Source: a plasmid. From it: DNA of 64,000 nt. The position numbers and the translations under genes are program-made. The notes under the pieces were generated by a model. It made no database searches, had not been told where the DNA came from, and worked only from the letters and a program-made list of their open reading frames with translations. Below are positions 19,949-31,045 of the stretch, one piece after another (position 1 is the first letter of the stretch; each line of letters begins with the position of its first letter). Location: sequence record NZ_CP110908.1; one strand, written 5' to 3'.

Positions 19949-22900
19949 AAGAAAAGTTAAGAAACTTGTTAAAAACCCAAAATTATTCTTTTCTGATATG
20001 GTTATTAAGCATAGTGATAAAGTAAGCTATCTTAAGCCAAAGAAAATGGAAGGCAATTATCAATTTACAGTTATATCTGCGATATATAATGTAGATCGGT
20101 ATTTGAACGAGTTTATTGAAAGCATAATTAAACAACGCCTCGATTTCAAAAAACACATTCAACTAATACTTGTTGATGACGGATCTATTGATAATTCTGC
20201 AGAGATTATTCAACGCTGGCAAAAAAAATACCCCCTTAATATATCTTATATTTACAAGGAAAATGGGGGGCAAGCATCTGCAAGAAACATTGGCCTTAAA
20301 CATGTTAAAACTGAATGGGTTACATTTATTGATCCAGATGATTTTGTCAGTAATGATTACTTCCTTGAAATAGATAGATTTATTTTTAAAAACAGTAATT
20401 TAAGTATGGTTGCATGTAATTTAATTTTTTATTACGAAGATAAAAAACAATTTAGTAACACACATCCATTAAGATTTAGATTTGAAAACGATGCTGTTTA
20501 TCCAGTTAACGATTTAAAAAAATCTTTTCAACTATCCGCTAGTTCAGCTTTTTTCTTATCAAAACTAATAAAAGACAACAACGTAATTTTTGATGAGAGA
20601 ATTAAACCAAATTTTGAAGATGCCCATTTTATCGCCTCATACCTTTCGCACCCAATTAAATCATTTGTTGGATTTGCTAAAAAACCAATTTATTACTATA
20701 GAAAAAGAAGTGATGGTTCTTCGACTCTTGATACATCATGGGAGAAGCCTGGCCGTTATAGTGATGTACTCGAATATGGTTACTTAAATATCCTCGAAAA
20801 ATATAAATCTAAATTTAATACAGTCCCTTTACATATACAGCGTAGTGTTTTATATGATATGCTTTGGCATTTTAAACGAATTGTTAACAATCCTGAAAAG
20901 GTAAATTTCCTAACAGCCGAACAAAAAAATAATTACCTAATTTTGATTGATAAAGTTTTTAAATTTATTGACAAAAAGACCATTCTCGATTTTGAACTAG
21001 CAGGTTCTTGGTTTTACCATAAAGTTGGTATTATGGCCTGTTTTAAAAATTTGTCTATCGATAATCAAATAGCATATATAGAAGATATTGATCGCGCAAA
21101 GAACTTAATCCAAATTCGTTACTTTACGCATGACATTACACTTGAACAATTCTTTGTTAACAGCGATGAAATATATCCATCATTCGCGAAAACGATTAAA
21201 CATGATTTTTTAGAAAGAACTTTTGTGCTTGAGAGAAGAGTTTGGGTTAATTTTAAAAATATTAATGATATTTTAACCTTAAAAATAAGTGGCAAATTTG
21301 CCAGATTGTCAATTGCGGGTAAACAATATAAAACAGGTGTTCCTTTTACTATTATTAAAGATTTCTTTGATAGCCAGATTCCTTCCTATGTTCAAGATGA
21401 AAAATATCAGAATGCATGGCTACTAATGGATCGCGATACACAGGCGGATGATAACGCCGAGCATCTTTATCGATATATATCCAGACAACATCCAGACCAA
21501 CCTATATTTTTTGTTTTAAGTAAAAATTCACACGACTGGATACGATTAGAAAAAGAAGGATTTAATTTAATTGAGTTTGATAGTCAGCAACACAAAGCAG
21601 CGGTTATGAGTTGCAGCAAAATAATTAGCTCTCATGCTGATAAATATGTGACAAATTTACTAGGACCAAAAATGCTTTCAGGAAGACATTTTGTTTTCCT
21701 TCAACACGGTATAACCAAAGATGACCTTTCAAATTGGCTTAATCAGAAAGAAGCTATAGATTGTTTTGTAACGTCTACAGAAAGTGAATTCAAATCCATT
21801 TGTGACGATTATAGTAGATATAAGTATTCTCAAAAAGAAGTAAAATTAACAGGCTTTCCAAGACATGATCATTTGATTAACTGTAAAGGTAATACAGAGA
21901 AATTAATTGTAATTATGCCTACATGGCGAAGAAGTATCGTTGGCAATGTAATCGGTGATGGAAATAGCAGAATGTTAAATCCTGACTTTATGAAAACAAC
22001 ATTTGCTAGTCATTGGTATGATTTATTGCATTCTAAAGAGCTTAAAATACTTTCTGAAAAATCAGGCTATAAGATTGCATTTTATCCTCACGCTAATATC
22101 CAACCTTATCTAAAGCAATTTGAGACCCCCGAATATATTGATGTGATTAATCATAGCTCAGGGTCAATTCAGGATATTTTCAGCAGAGCAGCTTTAATGA
22201 TAACTGATTATTCATCGGTTGCATTTGAAATGGCTATTCAAGACAAACAGAGTATTTACTATCAATTTGATGAACATGAATTATTCTCTGGCGGGCATGT
22301 GTATTCGAAGGGTTATTTTGACTATCGAACGAATGGCTTTGGGCCAGTAGTAACTACACTAAACTCATTAATAGATGAATTAAAGAAAATAATACATAAT
22401 AATTGCGTACCTACAGCTGTGATCAAAGAAAGAATCGATCATACTTTTCCTAATAGAGACGGTCGCTCTTGCCAAAAAACATTTGAAGCAATTACAGAAT
22501 TGGATAAACCCCTTCCCAATAACTTTATAGATATTGATATTGTAGAATCATATGCAGAACATGCCACAAGACAGCAACACTGGACCTTATCTCATGCAAG
22601 ATGGAAATATCTACTTAGTGTATCAGCAAAAAACAATAATATTATAAAGTTAAAAATTGCGGAAAGTTTGCGTGAACAAGGTAAATTTACAGATGCTGAT
22701 AAAATTTTAACAAATATAAATACTACTAAAAAAGACAATAATGCTTTAGCTGTAGAAAAAGCATTATTAGCTATGCGTAGACAGCAATGGGAACTTGCAA
22801 TCTACTATTTCAAATCTAGTGAAATTCGCAACGAAAAAGAAGCTATTAGTTACCTTCGCTGTTTAGCTGAATTAGAAATGGATAATGAGTTCAACATAGT

Positions 22901-24125
22901 TGATACATCCATATACAATACTTTTAAAAGAAAATATGAAGATTATAAAAACTATTGGAAATTAATCTGCGAAGGAAAAAAAGAGAAAGCGGCTTTAATT
23001 TTAGAAAAAAGGATAGTAACATGTACGCATGATGAGCTTGTAACTATGCAACCGCAACTGTTACTTGCAAATACATATTGCCAGTTAAAACGTTTAACTG
23101 ATGCAAATCAGCAATTATCCAATTTCGAAAAACATACTAACAACTCTCCATTCTGTCGAGAAATAATAGCACAGTTAGCTTATCTTAGAAAAAACTGGAA
23201 TAAAGTTATAGTTCAAGTCAGAACCGCTTATCCAACAATAAATGATACTCCTGAGCCAGTCGTTGTATTAACAATCAAAGCATTACAAAATCAGAAGAAA
23301 GAATTATCTGCTGCGTTAAATAAAGTAACGAAGCCAGAGACAATAATAAGCAAGTCAATATATCTTCGCGATAAAGGTTTGCTTAACCAAGCGCGGTCGC
23401 TATTAACTGATAACCGTAATATATTGATTGAGAATAACAACATTAATAATTATAATATCGAGATAGCTAAAATAGAAATTTTACTTCACAACTGGCAGAA
23501 AGCTCTTTCACATTTAGAGCAGTTAACTAAGCTTGATTATGAAACAGGCATGATGAAATTAAAGTGTCTCGCCGAATTACGTAGACCTAAAGCAATTCGC
23601 CGCGCCTTAAGTGATAGTGAATGGTTCCAAAGCTTGCCACCTTATCAGTATAATTTTGCGGAGTCGCTATTTGAATATTCCAAGGGTAACATCCAAAGGG
23701 CTACAACATTATTAAGCAAAGCATTAATTGAATACCGCCCCGATCTGTTGATCATGCATAAACCTTATTTATGGCTTGCTCGTTGTTTACGTGAATTGGG
23801 GCAACTCGATGCTGCGCATAATGCTCTTCTGGAGCATGAAAAATTATTAAATAATGATCCTCAATGCAGAGAACAAATTGCTCGCTTAGCAATTAACAAT
23901 AATAAGTTGAAAAAAGCCATATTTCAACTTGAAAAGGCATATCCAGATTACTCAAGTTTGCCTTTAGATTTAGCAACTATTTTAATATTTGCATTAAGAA
24001 GTGAAAATAATCACACTCAAGCTGAAAAAGTTATTAAGTCTCTGCCGATTGATTTTGCTTCGAAAATCCCTATTGATACGGAATATTCTTTTGAAAATAT
24101 GTTAAAAGAACCGGCACATTCCTAA
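19941..24125 (+). CDS. Multidomain capsule polymerase: N-terminal GT2 glycosyltransferase + TagF-like CDP-glycerol/polyol-phosphate transferase domain + C-terminal TPR-rich region
   Basis: 1394 aa. The GT-A motifs are [12 protein letters not shown] and FIDPDDF. The Glyphos_transf-type domain is [20 protein letters not shown]...[13 protein letters not shown]...IMPTWRR. About 600 aa of degenerate TPR-like repeats follow. Overlaps the Stealth gene by 8 bp. Confidence 0.7.
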   Translation: MIKRKVKKLVKNPKLFFSDMVIKHSDKVSYLKPKKMEGNYQFTVISAIYNVDRYLNEFIESIIKQRLDFKKHIQLILVDDGSIDNSAEIIQRWQKKYPLNISYIYKENGGQASARNIGLKHVKTEWVTFIDPDDFVSNDYFLEIDRFIFKNSNLSMVACNLIFYYEDKKQFSNTHPLRFRFENDAVYPVNDLKKSFQLSASSAFFLSKLIKDNNVIFDERIKPNFEDAHFIASYLSHPIKSFVGFAKKPIYYYRKRSDGSSTLDTSWEKPGRYSDVLEYGYLNILEKYKSKFNTVPLHIQRSVLYDMLWHFKRIVNNPEKVNFLTAEQKNNYLILIDKVFKFIDKKTILDFELAGSWFYHKVGIMACFKNLSIDNQIAYIEDIDRAKNLIQIRYFTHDITLEQFFVNSDEIYPSFAKTIKHDFLERTFVLERRVWVNFKNINDILTLKISGKFARLSIAGKQYKTGVPFTIIKDFFDSQIPSYVQDEKYQNAWLLMDRDTQADDNAEHLYRYISRQHPDQPIFFVLSKNSHDWIRLEKEGFNLIEFDSQQHKAAVMSCSKIISSHADKYVTNLLGPKMLSGRHFVFLQHGITKDDLSNWLNQKEAIDCFVTSTESEFKSICDDYSRYKYSQKEVKLTGFPRHDHLINCKGNTEKLIVIMPTWRRSIVGNVIGDGNSRMLNPDFMKTTFASHWYDLLHSKELKILSEKSGYKIAFYPHANIQPYLKQFETPEYIDVINHSSGSIQDIFSRAALMITDYSSVAFEMAIQDKQSIYYQFDEHELFSGGHVYSKGYFDYRTNGFGPVVTTLNSLIDELKKIIHNNCVPTAVIKERIDHTFPNRDGRSCQKTFEAITELDKPLPNNFIDIDIVESYAEHATRQQHWTLSHARWKYLLSVSAKNNNIIKLKIAESLREQGKFTDADKILTNINTTKKDNNALAVEKALLAMRRQQWELAIYYFKSSEIRNEKEAISYLRCLAELEMDNEFNIVDTSIYNTFKRKYEDYKNYWKLICEGKKEKAALILEKRIVTCTHDELVTMQPQLLLANTYCQLKRLTDANQQLSNFEKHTNNSPFCREIIAQLAYLRKNWNKVIVQVRTAYPTINDTPEPVVVLTIKALQNQKKELSAALNKVTKPETIISKSIYLRDKGLLNQARSLLTDNRNILIENNNINNYNIEIAKIEILLHNWQKALSHLEQLTKLDYETGMMKLKCLAELRRPKAIRRALSDSEWFQSLPPYQYNFAESLFEYSKGNIQRATTLLSKALIEYRPDLLIMHKPYLWLARCLRELGQLDAAHNALLEHEKLLNNDPQCREQIARLAINNNKLKKAIFQLEKAYPDYSSLPLDLATILIFALRSENNHTQAEKVIKSLPIDFASKIPIDTEYSFENMLKEPAHS

Positions 24126-24187
24126 ATTATTAAAGTGATGCTAAAAACTTCAACTATTTCAACTCATTACTTAACGGAAATATTTTA

Positions 24188-25927
24188 ATGTCATCTCTTG
24201 ACTCTCTTGGCATTGAGTACAATTTAAAACAATCCTCATTAAAAGATGATTACTTATCCTTTTACGAGCGCGAAATATCATACAGACTTCCTAATAGTTT
24301 TACCCTGCTAATCATAACGAATGAAAAAATAGAAGATGTTGCTTCGGTTTATTCAAAGAAATATCCACTATCAAAAATCATTGTCGCGTCATATGGATAT
24401 GAAAGCTATACAACTTCGTTTTTAGATAATGTGGTTTTCCACGCTTTCATAAATCTAGATGCGCTTATCAATCAGATTTCTTTAATTTATTTTGATGCGG
24501 TTATTGAACATAGCTCTAATCGAAAATCACATAAACTAAAACTGTTTAAGAAACTTTTCTTCAGATTACCAAAAGGAGGGGTTTATTTCATCCAAGAATT
24601 ACATGCTAAGTTTATTTCTGGATTAATCGATTGCGACGGCCCTGACATTCTTGACCTTATAAACGAAGTTTCCCAATTAAAAATATCAAATAATGACAGA
24701 AGAAAAAACGCTGACCCTTATGCCGTAGCACTTGCTGAATGTTGCGAAAGTATATTTATAAAAAGTAAGTTAGGTGTCTTGGTCAAAGGTAAAGCTTCTT
24801 TCAAAAGTTTAAGAAGCAACGAAGCTAAAAACATGATCAACTCTGGTTCATTGAAAGGGAGTATAATTGTATCAAATGATAATGAATTTGAATTTGTACA
24901 TTCAATAACATCTGTTATAACTCCAACTGGTGAGCCATGGCGAAATCCAGCCAAATTTAAAATACCAGAATCGTTTTTAGCTAAATACCAAAGTGTACAT
25001 TGTGATGTTGGACAGATCGCATATATGGATGGATATTTGTTGCCCGATTCCTTTAGAATGCAGCATCACAAAAAACTTACAAATCGTAATATAATCTCTT
25101 TAGTAGCTGATATTTGTTTATTAAAAGATGAAAAACCAGATCCGATTCATCTTGCAGGTGAATACTTTTATCTTGATTCGGAATATCCGGGTCATTTCGG
25201 GCATTTTACTTCTGAGGTAGTTTCAAGACTATGGGCATGGGAAGAGATTAAAACAAGATCTCCTAATGCAAAAGTATTAATTGGGCTTGAAAAAGGAAAA
25301 TCATTGCCAAGTTTTATTGAAACTATATTATCATGTTATCACATTAGTAGAAATGAAATACAAACCTTCGATAGTAGTATCACTGTTGATGTTCTTTATG
25401 CTGCCACTCCTTACTATGCTATCGGCAATCACATAAATCCAAAAATAAAAGATGTTTGGGAGAGAATTGGTGAGAGTACTAATGATGGTATTTCCGGGAT
25501 TATTGGCAATCGATTATTTATTTCTAGACCTGAAGGCGGGGAAAGAAAATGTCTAAATGCTGAAAAACTAGAACGTATATTCTTTGAAAGAGGTTTTGAG
25601 TTTTACAACCCTGAAAAATATTCCTGGAAAGATCAGGTTAAAACATTTTCCAGTGCTGACGTTATTGCTGGCTATGCGGGAAGCGGCACTTTCAACACCA
25701 TGTTTGCTAAAGGTTCTAAAAAAATATTTATCATTGGTTCAGACTCATATACTGCAACAAACGAGCATTATATCTGCGCCATTAAAGGTTATGATTTAAA
25801 TTATTACCTTGGTGATTCATTAGTAAAACATGGCAATGTATTTTCACTAAAAGCATTTAAATCTGATTATAACTTTAATTATGAACGAGATGAAGAATCA
25901 CTCATTGATGCATTAAGTAAAATATAA
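24188..25927 (+). CDS. Putative glycosyltransferase, GT61/DUF563-like capsular polysaccharide biosynthesis protein
   Basis: 579 aa. The C-terminal half has the EYPGHFGHFTSEVVSRLWAW and RLFISRPEGGERKCLNAEKLERIFFERGF motifs typical of the DUF563/GT61 family. The N-terminal ~280 aa show no recognisable domain. Confidence 0.5.
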   Translation: MSSLDSLGIEYNLKQSSLKDDYLSFYEREISYRLPNSFTLLIITNEKIEDVASVYSKKYPLSKIIVASYGYESYTTSFLDNVVFHAFINLDALINQISLIYFDAVIEHSSNRKSHKLKLFKKLFFRLPKGGVYFIQELHAKFISGLIDCDGPDILDLINEVSQLKISNNDRRKNADPYAVALAECCESIFIKSKLGVLVKGKASFKSLRSNEAKNMINSGSLKGSIIVSNDNEFEFVHSITSVITPTGEPWRNPAKFKIPESFLAKYQSVHCDVGQIAYMDGYLLPDSFRMQHHKKLTNRNIISLVADICLLKDEKPDPIHLAGEYFYLDSEYPGHFGHFTSEVVSRLWAWEEIKTRSPNAKVLIGLEKGKSLPSFIETILSCYHISRNEIQTFDSSITVDVLYAATPYYAIGNHINPKIKDVWERIGESTNDGISGIIGNRLFISRPEGGERKCLNAEKLERIFFERGFEFYNPEKYSWKDQVKTFSSADVIAGYAGSGTFNTMFAKGSKKIFIIGSDSYTATNEHYICAIKGYDLNYYLGDSLVKHGNVFSLKAFKSDYNFNYERDEESLIDALSKI

Positions 25928-26035
25928 CCTATATTGGGTTGTTTTTTAAGTGCTATAATCTTCTCAAAGTCTGATGTAGCCCCCTGAAACACCGGACAGT
26001 AGCTGTATCTCCAGATAAGAGACAGGCTTGAATAT

Positions 26036-26431
26036 ATGTCTAACACTAACGCCAATTTTGAGATGACCGGGATCCTGTTAGGGCAAGAAGTCCGTAAACG
26101 TAAAACTCCTCAGGAGAAGATCGCCATTATCCAGCAGACGATGGAGCCGGGTATGAATGTCTCCCATGTCGCCCGCCTGCATGGTATCCAGCCCAGCCTG
26201 CTGTTTAAGTGGAAGAAGCAATATCAGGAAGGCAGCCTCACCGCCGTTGCGGCTGGAGAGGAAGTCGTTCCTGCTTCTGAGCTTACTGCTGCTCTGAAGC
26301 AGGTCCGGGAGCTTCAGCGCCTTCTGGGCAAGAAGACGATGGAAGTTGAGATCCTGAAAGAAGCCGTGGAGTACGGTCAGTCGCGAAAATGGATAGCGCA
26401 CGCGCCCTTGTTGCCAAAGGACGGGGAATAG
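26036..26431 (+). CDS. IS2-like transposase OrfA (HTH)
   Basis: [50 protein letters not shown]... is about 80% similar to IS2 InsC. Confidence 0.85.
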   Translation: MSNTNANFEMTGILLGQEVRKRKTPQEKIAIIQQTMEPGMNVSHVARLHGIQPSLLFKWKKQYQEGSLTAVAAGEEVVPASELTAALKQVRELQRLLGKKTMEVEILKEAVEYGQSRKWIAHAPLLPKDGE

Positions 26432-27270
26432 CCATGGTCTGCCGGACCATGGGCGTGTCGCGTGCGCAACTGTCACTGCGGATTAACCGTTCTGCCGACT
26501 GGCAGGACAGGCGCTGTAACCGGCGTAATGAAGAAGCAGACGCAGAAATACTGTCGGCTATCCTCAACATTATCAGCGATATGCCGAGTTATGGTTATCG
26601 ACGCGTGTGGGGCATCCTGCGCAAGCAACGTCGCACAGAGGGACAGCTACCTGTGAATGCCAAACGGCTTTACAGGATAATGCGTGAGCATAACCTGTTG
26701 TTGTTGCATCACAAACCAGAGCGACCGAAGCGTGAACATAAGGGCAAGATAGCGGTGGCAGAAAGCGATATGCGCTGGTGTTCAGATGGCTTCGAGTTCG
26801 GCTGCGACAACGGCGAAAAACTGCGGGTAACGTTCGCGCTGGACTGCTGCGACCGTGAGGCCATAGACTGGGCAGCAAGCACGGGAGGCTATGACAGTTC
26901 GACCGTGCAGGATGTGATGCTGAGGTCGGTGGAAAAGCGCTTCGGCGACAGGTTGCCCGACACAGCGGTGCAGTGGCTGACGGATAACGGTTCAGCGTAT
27001 ACCGCGTATGAAACGCGGAGGTTCGCGAGAGAGCTGAATCTGGAGCCCTGCACAACAGCGGTGAGCAGCCCGCAGAGTAATGGCATGGCCGAACGGTTCG
27101 TGAAAACGATGAAAGAAGACTATATCGCGTTCATGCCAAAACCGGATGTGAGAACAGCACTGCGAAACCTTGCAGTAGCGTTCACGCATTACAATGAAAA
27201 CCACCCGCACAGCGCGCTGGGATATCACTCCCCGAGGGAATACCGGCGGCAGCGGACATCGTTAACTTAA
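26389..27270 (+). CDS. IS2-like transposase OrfB (DDE integrase domain), made by -1 frameshift with OrfA
   Basis: [38 protein letters not shown]...[19 protein letters not shown] is IS2 InsD-like. Confidence 0.85.
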   Translation: MDSARALVAKGRGIAMVCRTMGVSRAQLSLRINRSADWQDRRCNRRNEEADAEILSAILNIISDMPSYGYRRVWGILRKQRRTEGQLPVNAKRLYRIMREHNLLLLHHKPERPKREHKGKIAVAESDMRWCSDGFEFGCDNGEKLRVTFALDCCDREAIDWAASTGGYDSSTVQDVMLRSVEKRFGDRLPDTAVQWLTDNGSAYTAYETRRFARELNLEPCTTAVSSPQSNGMAERFVKTMKEDYIAFMPKPDVRTALRNLAVAFTHYNENHPHSALGYHSPREYRRQRTSLT

Positions 27271-27357
27271 GATACAAAAGCTGTTCGGAGATGGAGGGTC
27301 AAGATCAAATCTTCTCAAAGTCACTCATTGAAAAAAACAATTAGAGCATAGTTCGAC

Positions 27358-27657
27358 GTGGCGGTGGATATCCGTAAAAGCTCCCCGACCTTTGGTCAGT
27401 GGGTGGGCGTGCATCTGTCTGGCGAGAACAAGCGTCAGCTGTGGATCCCGGAAGGTTTCGCCCACGGCTTTATGACCCTGAGCGACACCGCAGAGTTCCT
27501 GTACAAAACCACCAACTACTATGCGCCGGAGAGCGACCGTGGCATCCGCTGGAACGATGAGACCATTGCGATTACATGGCCGGAAATCGACAGCGAGATC
27601 CTCACCTCCGCCAAAGACAGCGTTGCCAAATCCTTCCCTGACGCAGAGTACTTCTGA
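27358..27657 (+). pseudogene. rmlC: 3' remnant of rmlC/rfbC (dTDP-4-dehydrorhamnose 3,5-epimerase)
   Basis: The 99-aa frame VDIRKSSPTFGQWVGVHLSGENKRQLWIPEGFAHGFMTLSDTAEFLYKTTNYYAPESDRGIRWND... matches the C-terminal half of RmlC. No N-terminal half and no start codon are present. Confidence 0.8.
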
Positions 27658-27692
27658 GTCACACGCCCCGCAGTGACGCGGGGCGTTTTCTG

Positions 27693-29711
27693 ATGCACAG
27701 AGCGCACATGAAATTCTATACAGGTTCAGCCGGGATCCTGGCCCGAAAGGCACAGCTCGAGCCGATGCTGGGTCACCCGTTACACGCCTTCAAATCCAGC
27801 ATGCAGCTGGCGCAGGACGATGTACTGGTCGGCTGGGGCCAAAAAGCTAATACCCGCCAAATAAAACAAAAAGCCCAGGACCTCGGCCTGCCGTACTGGC
27901 AGCTGGAAGATGGCTTTATCGGTTATATTGGCCACCCCGCCAGAGGGGGCAAGGCCGTCTCCCTGATCGCAGATCCTGTGGGCATTTACTACGACGCTCG
28001 CCAGCCCAGCCGCCTTGAGCAGCTGATCGCCACCCCGTGCGATACCATGCTGCTGGCGCGGGCTGAAGCGCTGACCAGCGAACTGCTGCGTCTTGGCATC
28101 ACCAAGTACAATTGCTATGCCGCGGGCAGCGCTCTACCCGACGCGCTGGCCGCCCGCCTGCACAGCGACGCCCGTCCTAAGGTGCTACTGATCGACCAGG
28201 TTGCGGGGGATCTCTCCATTCCCGGCGCGCTCGCCAGCGAGGCGGATTTTGTTGAAATGGTTGCCGCTGCGCGGCGTAACCACCCCGGCGCCCGCCTGCT
28301 GCTGCGTACCCATCCGGATACCCGGCTGGGCAAGAAGCGCGGCGTGCTGGCGCAGATGCAGCTGGATGACGTGGAAAGGGTCACCGATCACTGCCATCCT
28401 CATGCCCTGCTGAATGAGGTGGAAGCAGTCTATACCGTCTCCTCGCAGATGGGGTTTGAAGCCCTGCTGCTGGGCAAAGCGGTCTGGTGCTTCGGCATGC
28501 CGTTTTACGCCGGCTGGGGATTGACCCATGACAGCAAATCCTGCCCGCGTCGCCAGGCGCAGATTAGCCTGCCGCAGCTGGTGGCAGCGGCGCTGATCCT
28601 CTATCCCCGCTATCTGGATCCGGTGCTGGGCCAGCGCTGCGAAGTGGAGCAGGTGCTTGAGGTCATTGCGGATCAGCTGAATCCGGCCCCGCGCTATCGC
28701 CGTCTGTATATGGTGGGCTTCTCGCTGTGGAAACGCGCCTTTATGCGCGCCTTCTGTCAGCCGCTGGCTGAGGAGCTGCGCTTTGTGCGCACCCCGCCCA
28801 AACGGCTGGCCGCTGACGAGCAGGTGCTGGTGTGGGGCAGTCGTTATCCCGAACTGGCAAACGCAATTCGGGTGGAGGATGGTTTTATCCGCTCCCGGGG
28901 ACTGGGCTCGAACCTGTGCCGCCCTTCCTCGCTCTCCATCGACCCGGTGGGGATCTACTTCGACAGCCGCCATCCGAGCGGGCTGGAGCAGTTGCTCAAC
29001 CAGCAGCAGCTCAGCGAACAGGCGCTGGAACGCGGCGCCGCGCTGGTGGACATGCTCCGCCAGCATGGGGTCAGCAAGTATAACGTCGGCACCGTGCAGC
29101 CGTTCACCGCGCCGGCCGACGGGCGAGCGCTGGTGCTGGTGGTGGGCCAGGTCGATGGCGATGCCTCGATCCTCACCGGCAGCCCGGTCATTCGCAGCAA
29201 TGAACAGCTGCTGTGGGCCGTGCGTGCCGCCCGGCCAGAAGCGCATATCCTGTTTAAACCGCATCCGGACGTGGTGGCGGGAAACCGGGCCGGTGCCATC
29301 TCGGCCGAATGCCTGGCGCGCTGCGTTGACAGCCAGGTGCTGGATCTCGGTCTCACCAGTCTCTATCCCCATGTGGATGAGCTGCATACCATGACCTCCC
29401 TCAGCGGGTTCGAAGCGCTGGTGCAGGGAGTGAAGGTCGCTACATGGGGCCAGCCGTTCTACAGCGGCTGGGGGCTGACCGAAGATATCCACCCGGCGGA
29501 GCGCCGTCAGCGCACCCTGCCCCTGGCGGCACTGGTTTACCTGACGCTGGTCGCCTATCCGCGCTATATCGACTGGCAGAGTGGCCTGTGGATGAGCCCG
29601 GAACAACTGATCCGCCAGCTGGCAGCGCAGGGAAACTCCTCATCGCAGAAGGCCAGCCGCTGGCAGCGCTGGCAGATCAAGCTGAGCTATCTGGCACAAA
29701 CATTTCGTTAG
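27693..29711 (+). CDS. kpsC: KpsC capsule biosynthesis protein (tandem beta-Kdo transferase domains)
   Basis: 672 aa with two repeated Capsule_synth-type halves (GWGQKANT...GLPYWQLEDGFI and VWGSRYPELANAIRVEDGFIRS). The antisense 473-aa ORF at 28185-29606 is an artefact of the high GC content. Confidence 0.9.
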   Translation: MHRAHMKFYTGSAGILARKAQLEPMLGHPLHAFKSSMQLAQDDVLVGWGQKANTRQIKQKAQDLGLPYWQLEDGFIGYIGHPARGGKAVSLIADPVGIYYDARQPSRLEQLIATPCDTMLLARAEALTSELLRLGITKYNCYAAGSALPDALAARLHSDARPKVLLIDQVAGDLSIPGALASEADFVEMVAAARRNHPGARLLLRTHPDTRLGKKRGVLAQMQLDDVERVTDHCHPHALLNEVEAVYTVSSQMGFEALLLGKAVWCFGMPFYAGWGLTHDSKSCPRRQAQISLPQLVAAALILYPRYLDPVLGQRCEVEQVLEVIADQLNPAPRYRRLYMVGFSLWKRAFMRAFCQPLAEELRFVRTPPKRLAADEQVLVWGSRYPELANAIRVEDGFIRSRGLGSNLCRPSSLSIDPVGIYFDSRHPSGLEQLLNQQQLSEQALERGAALVDMLRQHGVSKYNVGTVQPFTAPADGRALVLVVGQVDGDASILTGSPVIRSNEQLLWAVRAARPEAHILFKPHPDVVAGNRAGAISAECLARCVDSQVLDLGLTSLYPHVDELHTMTSLSGFEALVQGVKVATWGQPFYSGWGLTEDIHPAERRQRTLPLAALVYLTLVAYPRYIDWQSGLWMSPEQLIRQLAAQGNSSSQKASRWQRWQIKLSYLAQTFR

Positions 29712-29800
29712 CACACTATTTATCCCGATTTATTAAAGAAAAACGGTCATCAAGCCGTTAACTCACCTGTCTCATCAACGGAACCGATCTGGGAAAAAAA

Positions 29801-31045
29801 ATGGAAGAGCAAGCTATCCGCCATCTGCTGAATGGCCGCCGATATCTTTTATTACAAGGACCGATGGGCCCCTGCTTTTCACGTCTGGCAAGCTGGTTGC
29901 AGAGCAGCAAGCGTGAAGTGAAGCAGGTCTGCTTTAATGCCGGGGACTCATGGTATGCCGCGAAAGAGACCGCGCTGCACTACACCGGCTCAGTAAAAAA
30001 TTTTGCCTTCTGGCTGCGCGAGTTACATAAAACCTACCCCTTCGACACCATCGTCTGTTTTGGTGACTGTCGCCCGATGCATATCGAAGCGAAGAAGTGG
30101 GCGCGCAGCAAATCCATCGACTTCCTGGCATTTGAAGAGGGCTATTTCCGTCCCTTCTACATCACCCTGGAAAAAGGGGGCGTGAATGCCTTCTCCTCGA
30201 TGCCCATTGATGCGAAGTATTATCGCGAGCAGCCGCTGCCGGAGCTGAAAACCCCAACGCCGTGGAAACCGAGTTCCTTTAACCGTGCCGCCCATGCCAT
30301 GCTCTACTATGCGGCGGGCTGGTTTGGCCGCCATCGCTACCGGGGCTACCGCCACCACAAGTCGTTCTCCCCGTGGTATGAGATGCGCTGCTGGTTCCGC
30401 GCCGGTCGCCGTAAGCTGTGGTATCGCTGGCAGCAGCGCCACATGCTGAGCCATATCACTGAAAAACTGGATAACCAGTACTACCTGGCAATTTTGCAGG
30501 TCTACAACGACAGCCAGATTATTCATCACAGCCCGTATAAAGACGTGCGTGACTATATTGAAACCGTGATCCGCTCCTTTGCCCGCCATGCGTCGAAAGA
30601 GCGCTATCTGGTGTTCAAGCATCACCCGATGGATCGTGGTCACCGTTTTTACGGCATCCTGATTAACAAGCTGACCGAAAAGTATGACGTCAGCGGCCGG
30701 GTGCTCTATGTCCACGATCTCTCCCTGCCCGCCCTACTGACCCACACCCGGGGCGTGATCACCGTGAACAGCACCGCCGGCCTGTCGGCGCTGATCCATA
30801 ACAAGCCGCTCAAGGTGATGGGCAAAGCGCTGTACGACATCGAAGGGTTAACCTGGCAGGGGCCGCTGAACCAGTTCTGGCAGGCGGATTTTGCTCCAGA
30901 TGCAAAACTGTTCCAGCGTTTTCGTACCCACCTGCTCTATCAAACGCAGATCAACGCCGTCTTTTACGGCAAGTCCGACTGGCTGAACATCCCGACAGAA
31001 ATTCCCCTGACGACACCGCTTGCCGATTCCGAGCTCGAACGCTAA
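29801..31045 (+). CDS. kpsS: KpsS capsule biosynthesis protein (Kdo linker transferase)
   Basis: 414 aa, MEEQAIRHLLNGRRYLLLQGPMGPCFSRLASWL..., Capsule_synth family. Follows kpsC as in kps region 3/1. Confidence 0.9.
   Translation: MEEQAIRHLLNGRRYLLLQGPMGPCFSRLASWLQSSKREVKQVCFNAGDSWYAAKETALHYTGSVKNFAFWLRELHKTYPFDTIVCFGDCRPMHIEAKKWARSKSIDFLAFEEGYFRPFYITLEKGGVNAFSSMPIDAKYYREQPLPELKTPTPWKPSSFNRAAHAMLYYAAGWFGRHRYRGYRHHKSFSPWYEMRCWFRAGRRKLWYRWQQRHMLSHITEKLDNQYYLAILQVYNDSQIIHHSPYKDVRDYIETVIRSFARHASKERYLVFKHHPMDRGHRFYGILINKLTEKYDVSGRVLYVHDLSLPALLTHTRGVITVNSTAGLSALIHNKPLKVMGKALYDIEGLTWQGPLNQFWQADFAPDAKLFQRFRTHLLYQTQINAVFYGKSDWLNIPTEIPLTTPLADSELER

Larger units (their letters stand above)
25972..27307 (+). 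mobile_element. IS3-family, IS2-group insertion sequence (~1336 bp)
   Basis: Imperfect terminal IRs TGATGTAGCCCCTGAAACACCGGACAGTAGCTGTATC and TGATCTTGACCCTCCATCTCCGAACAGCTTTTGTATC (reverse complement of 27271-27307). The overlapping orfA/orfB are IS2-like. Confidence 0.75.

Noticed and set aside
28185-29606. 473-aa ORF antisense to kpsC, plus other long antisense ORFs in kpsC/kpsS (28783-29394, 28955-29356, 30023-30715)
   Set aside because: They lie entirely inside the strongly supported kpsC/kpsS genes in a >60% GC region where stop codons are rare in all frames. They have no recognisable motifs, so they are GC-driven artefacts.
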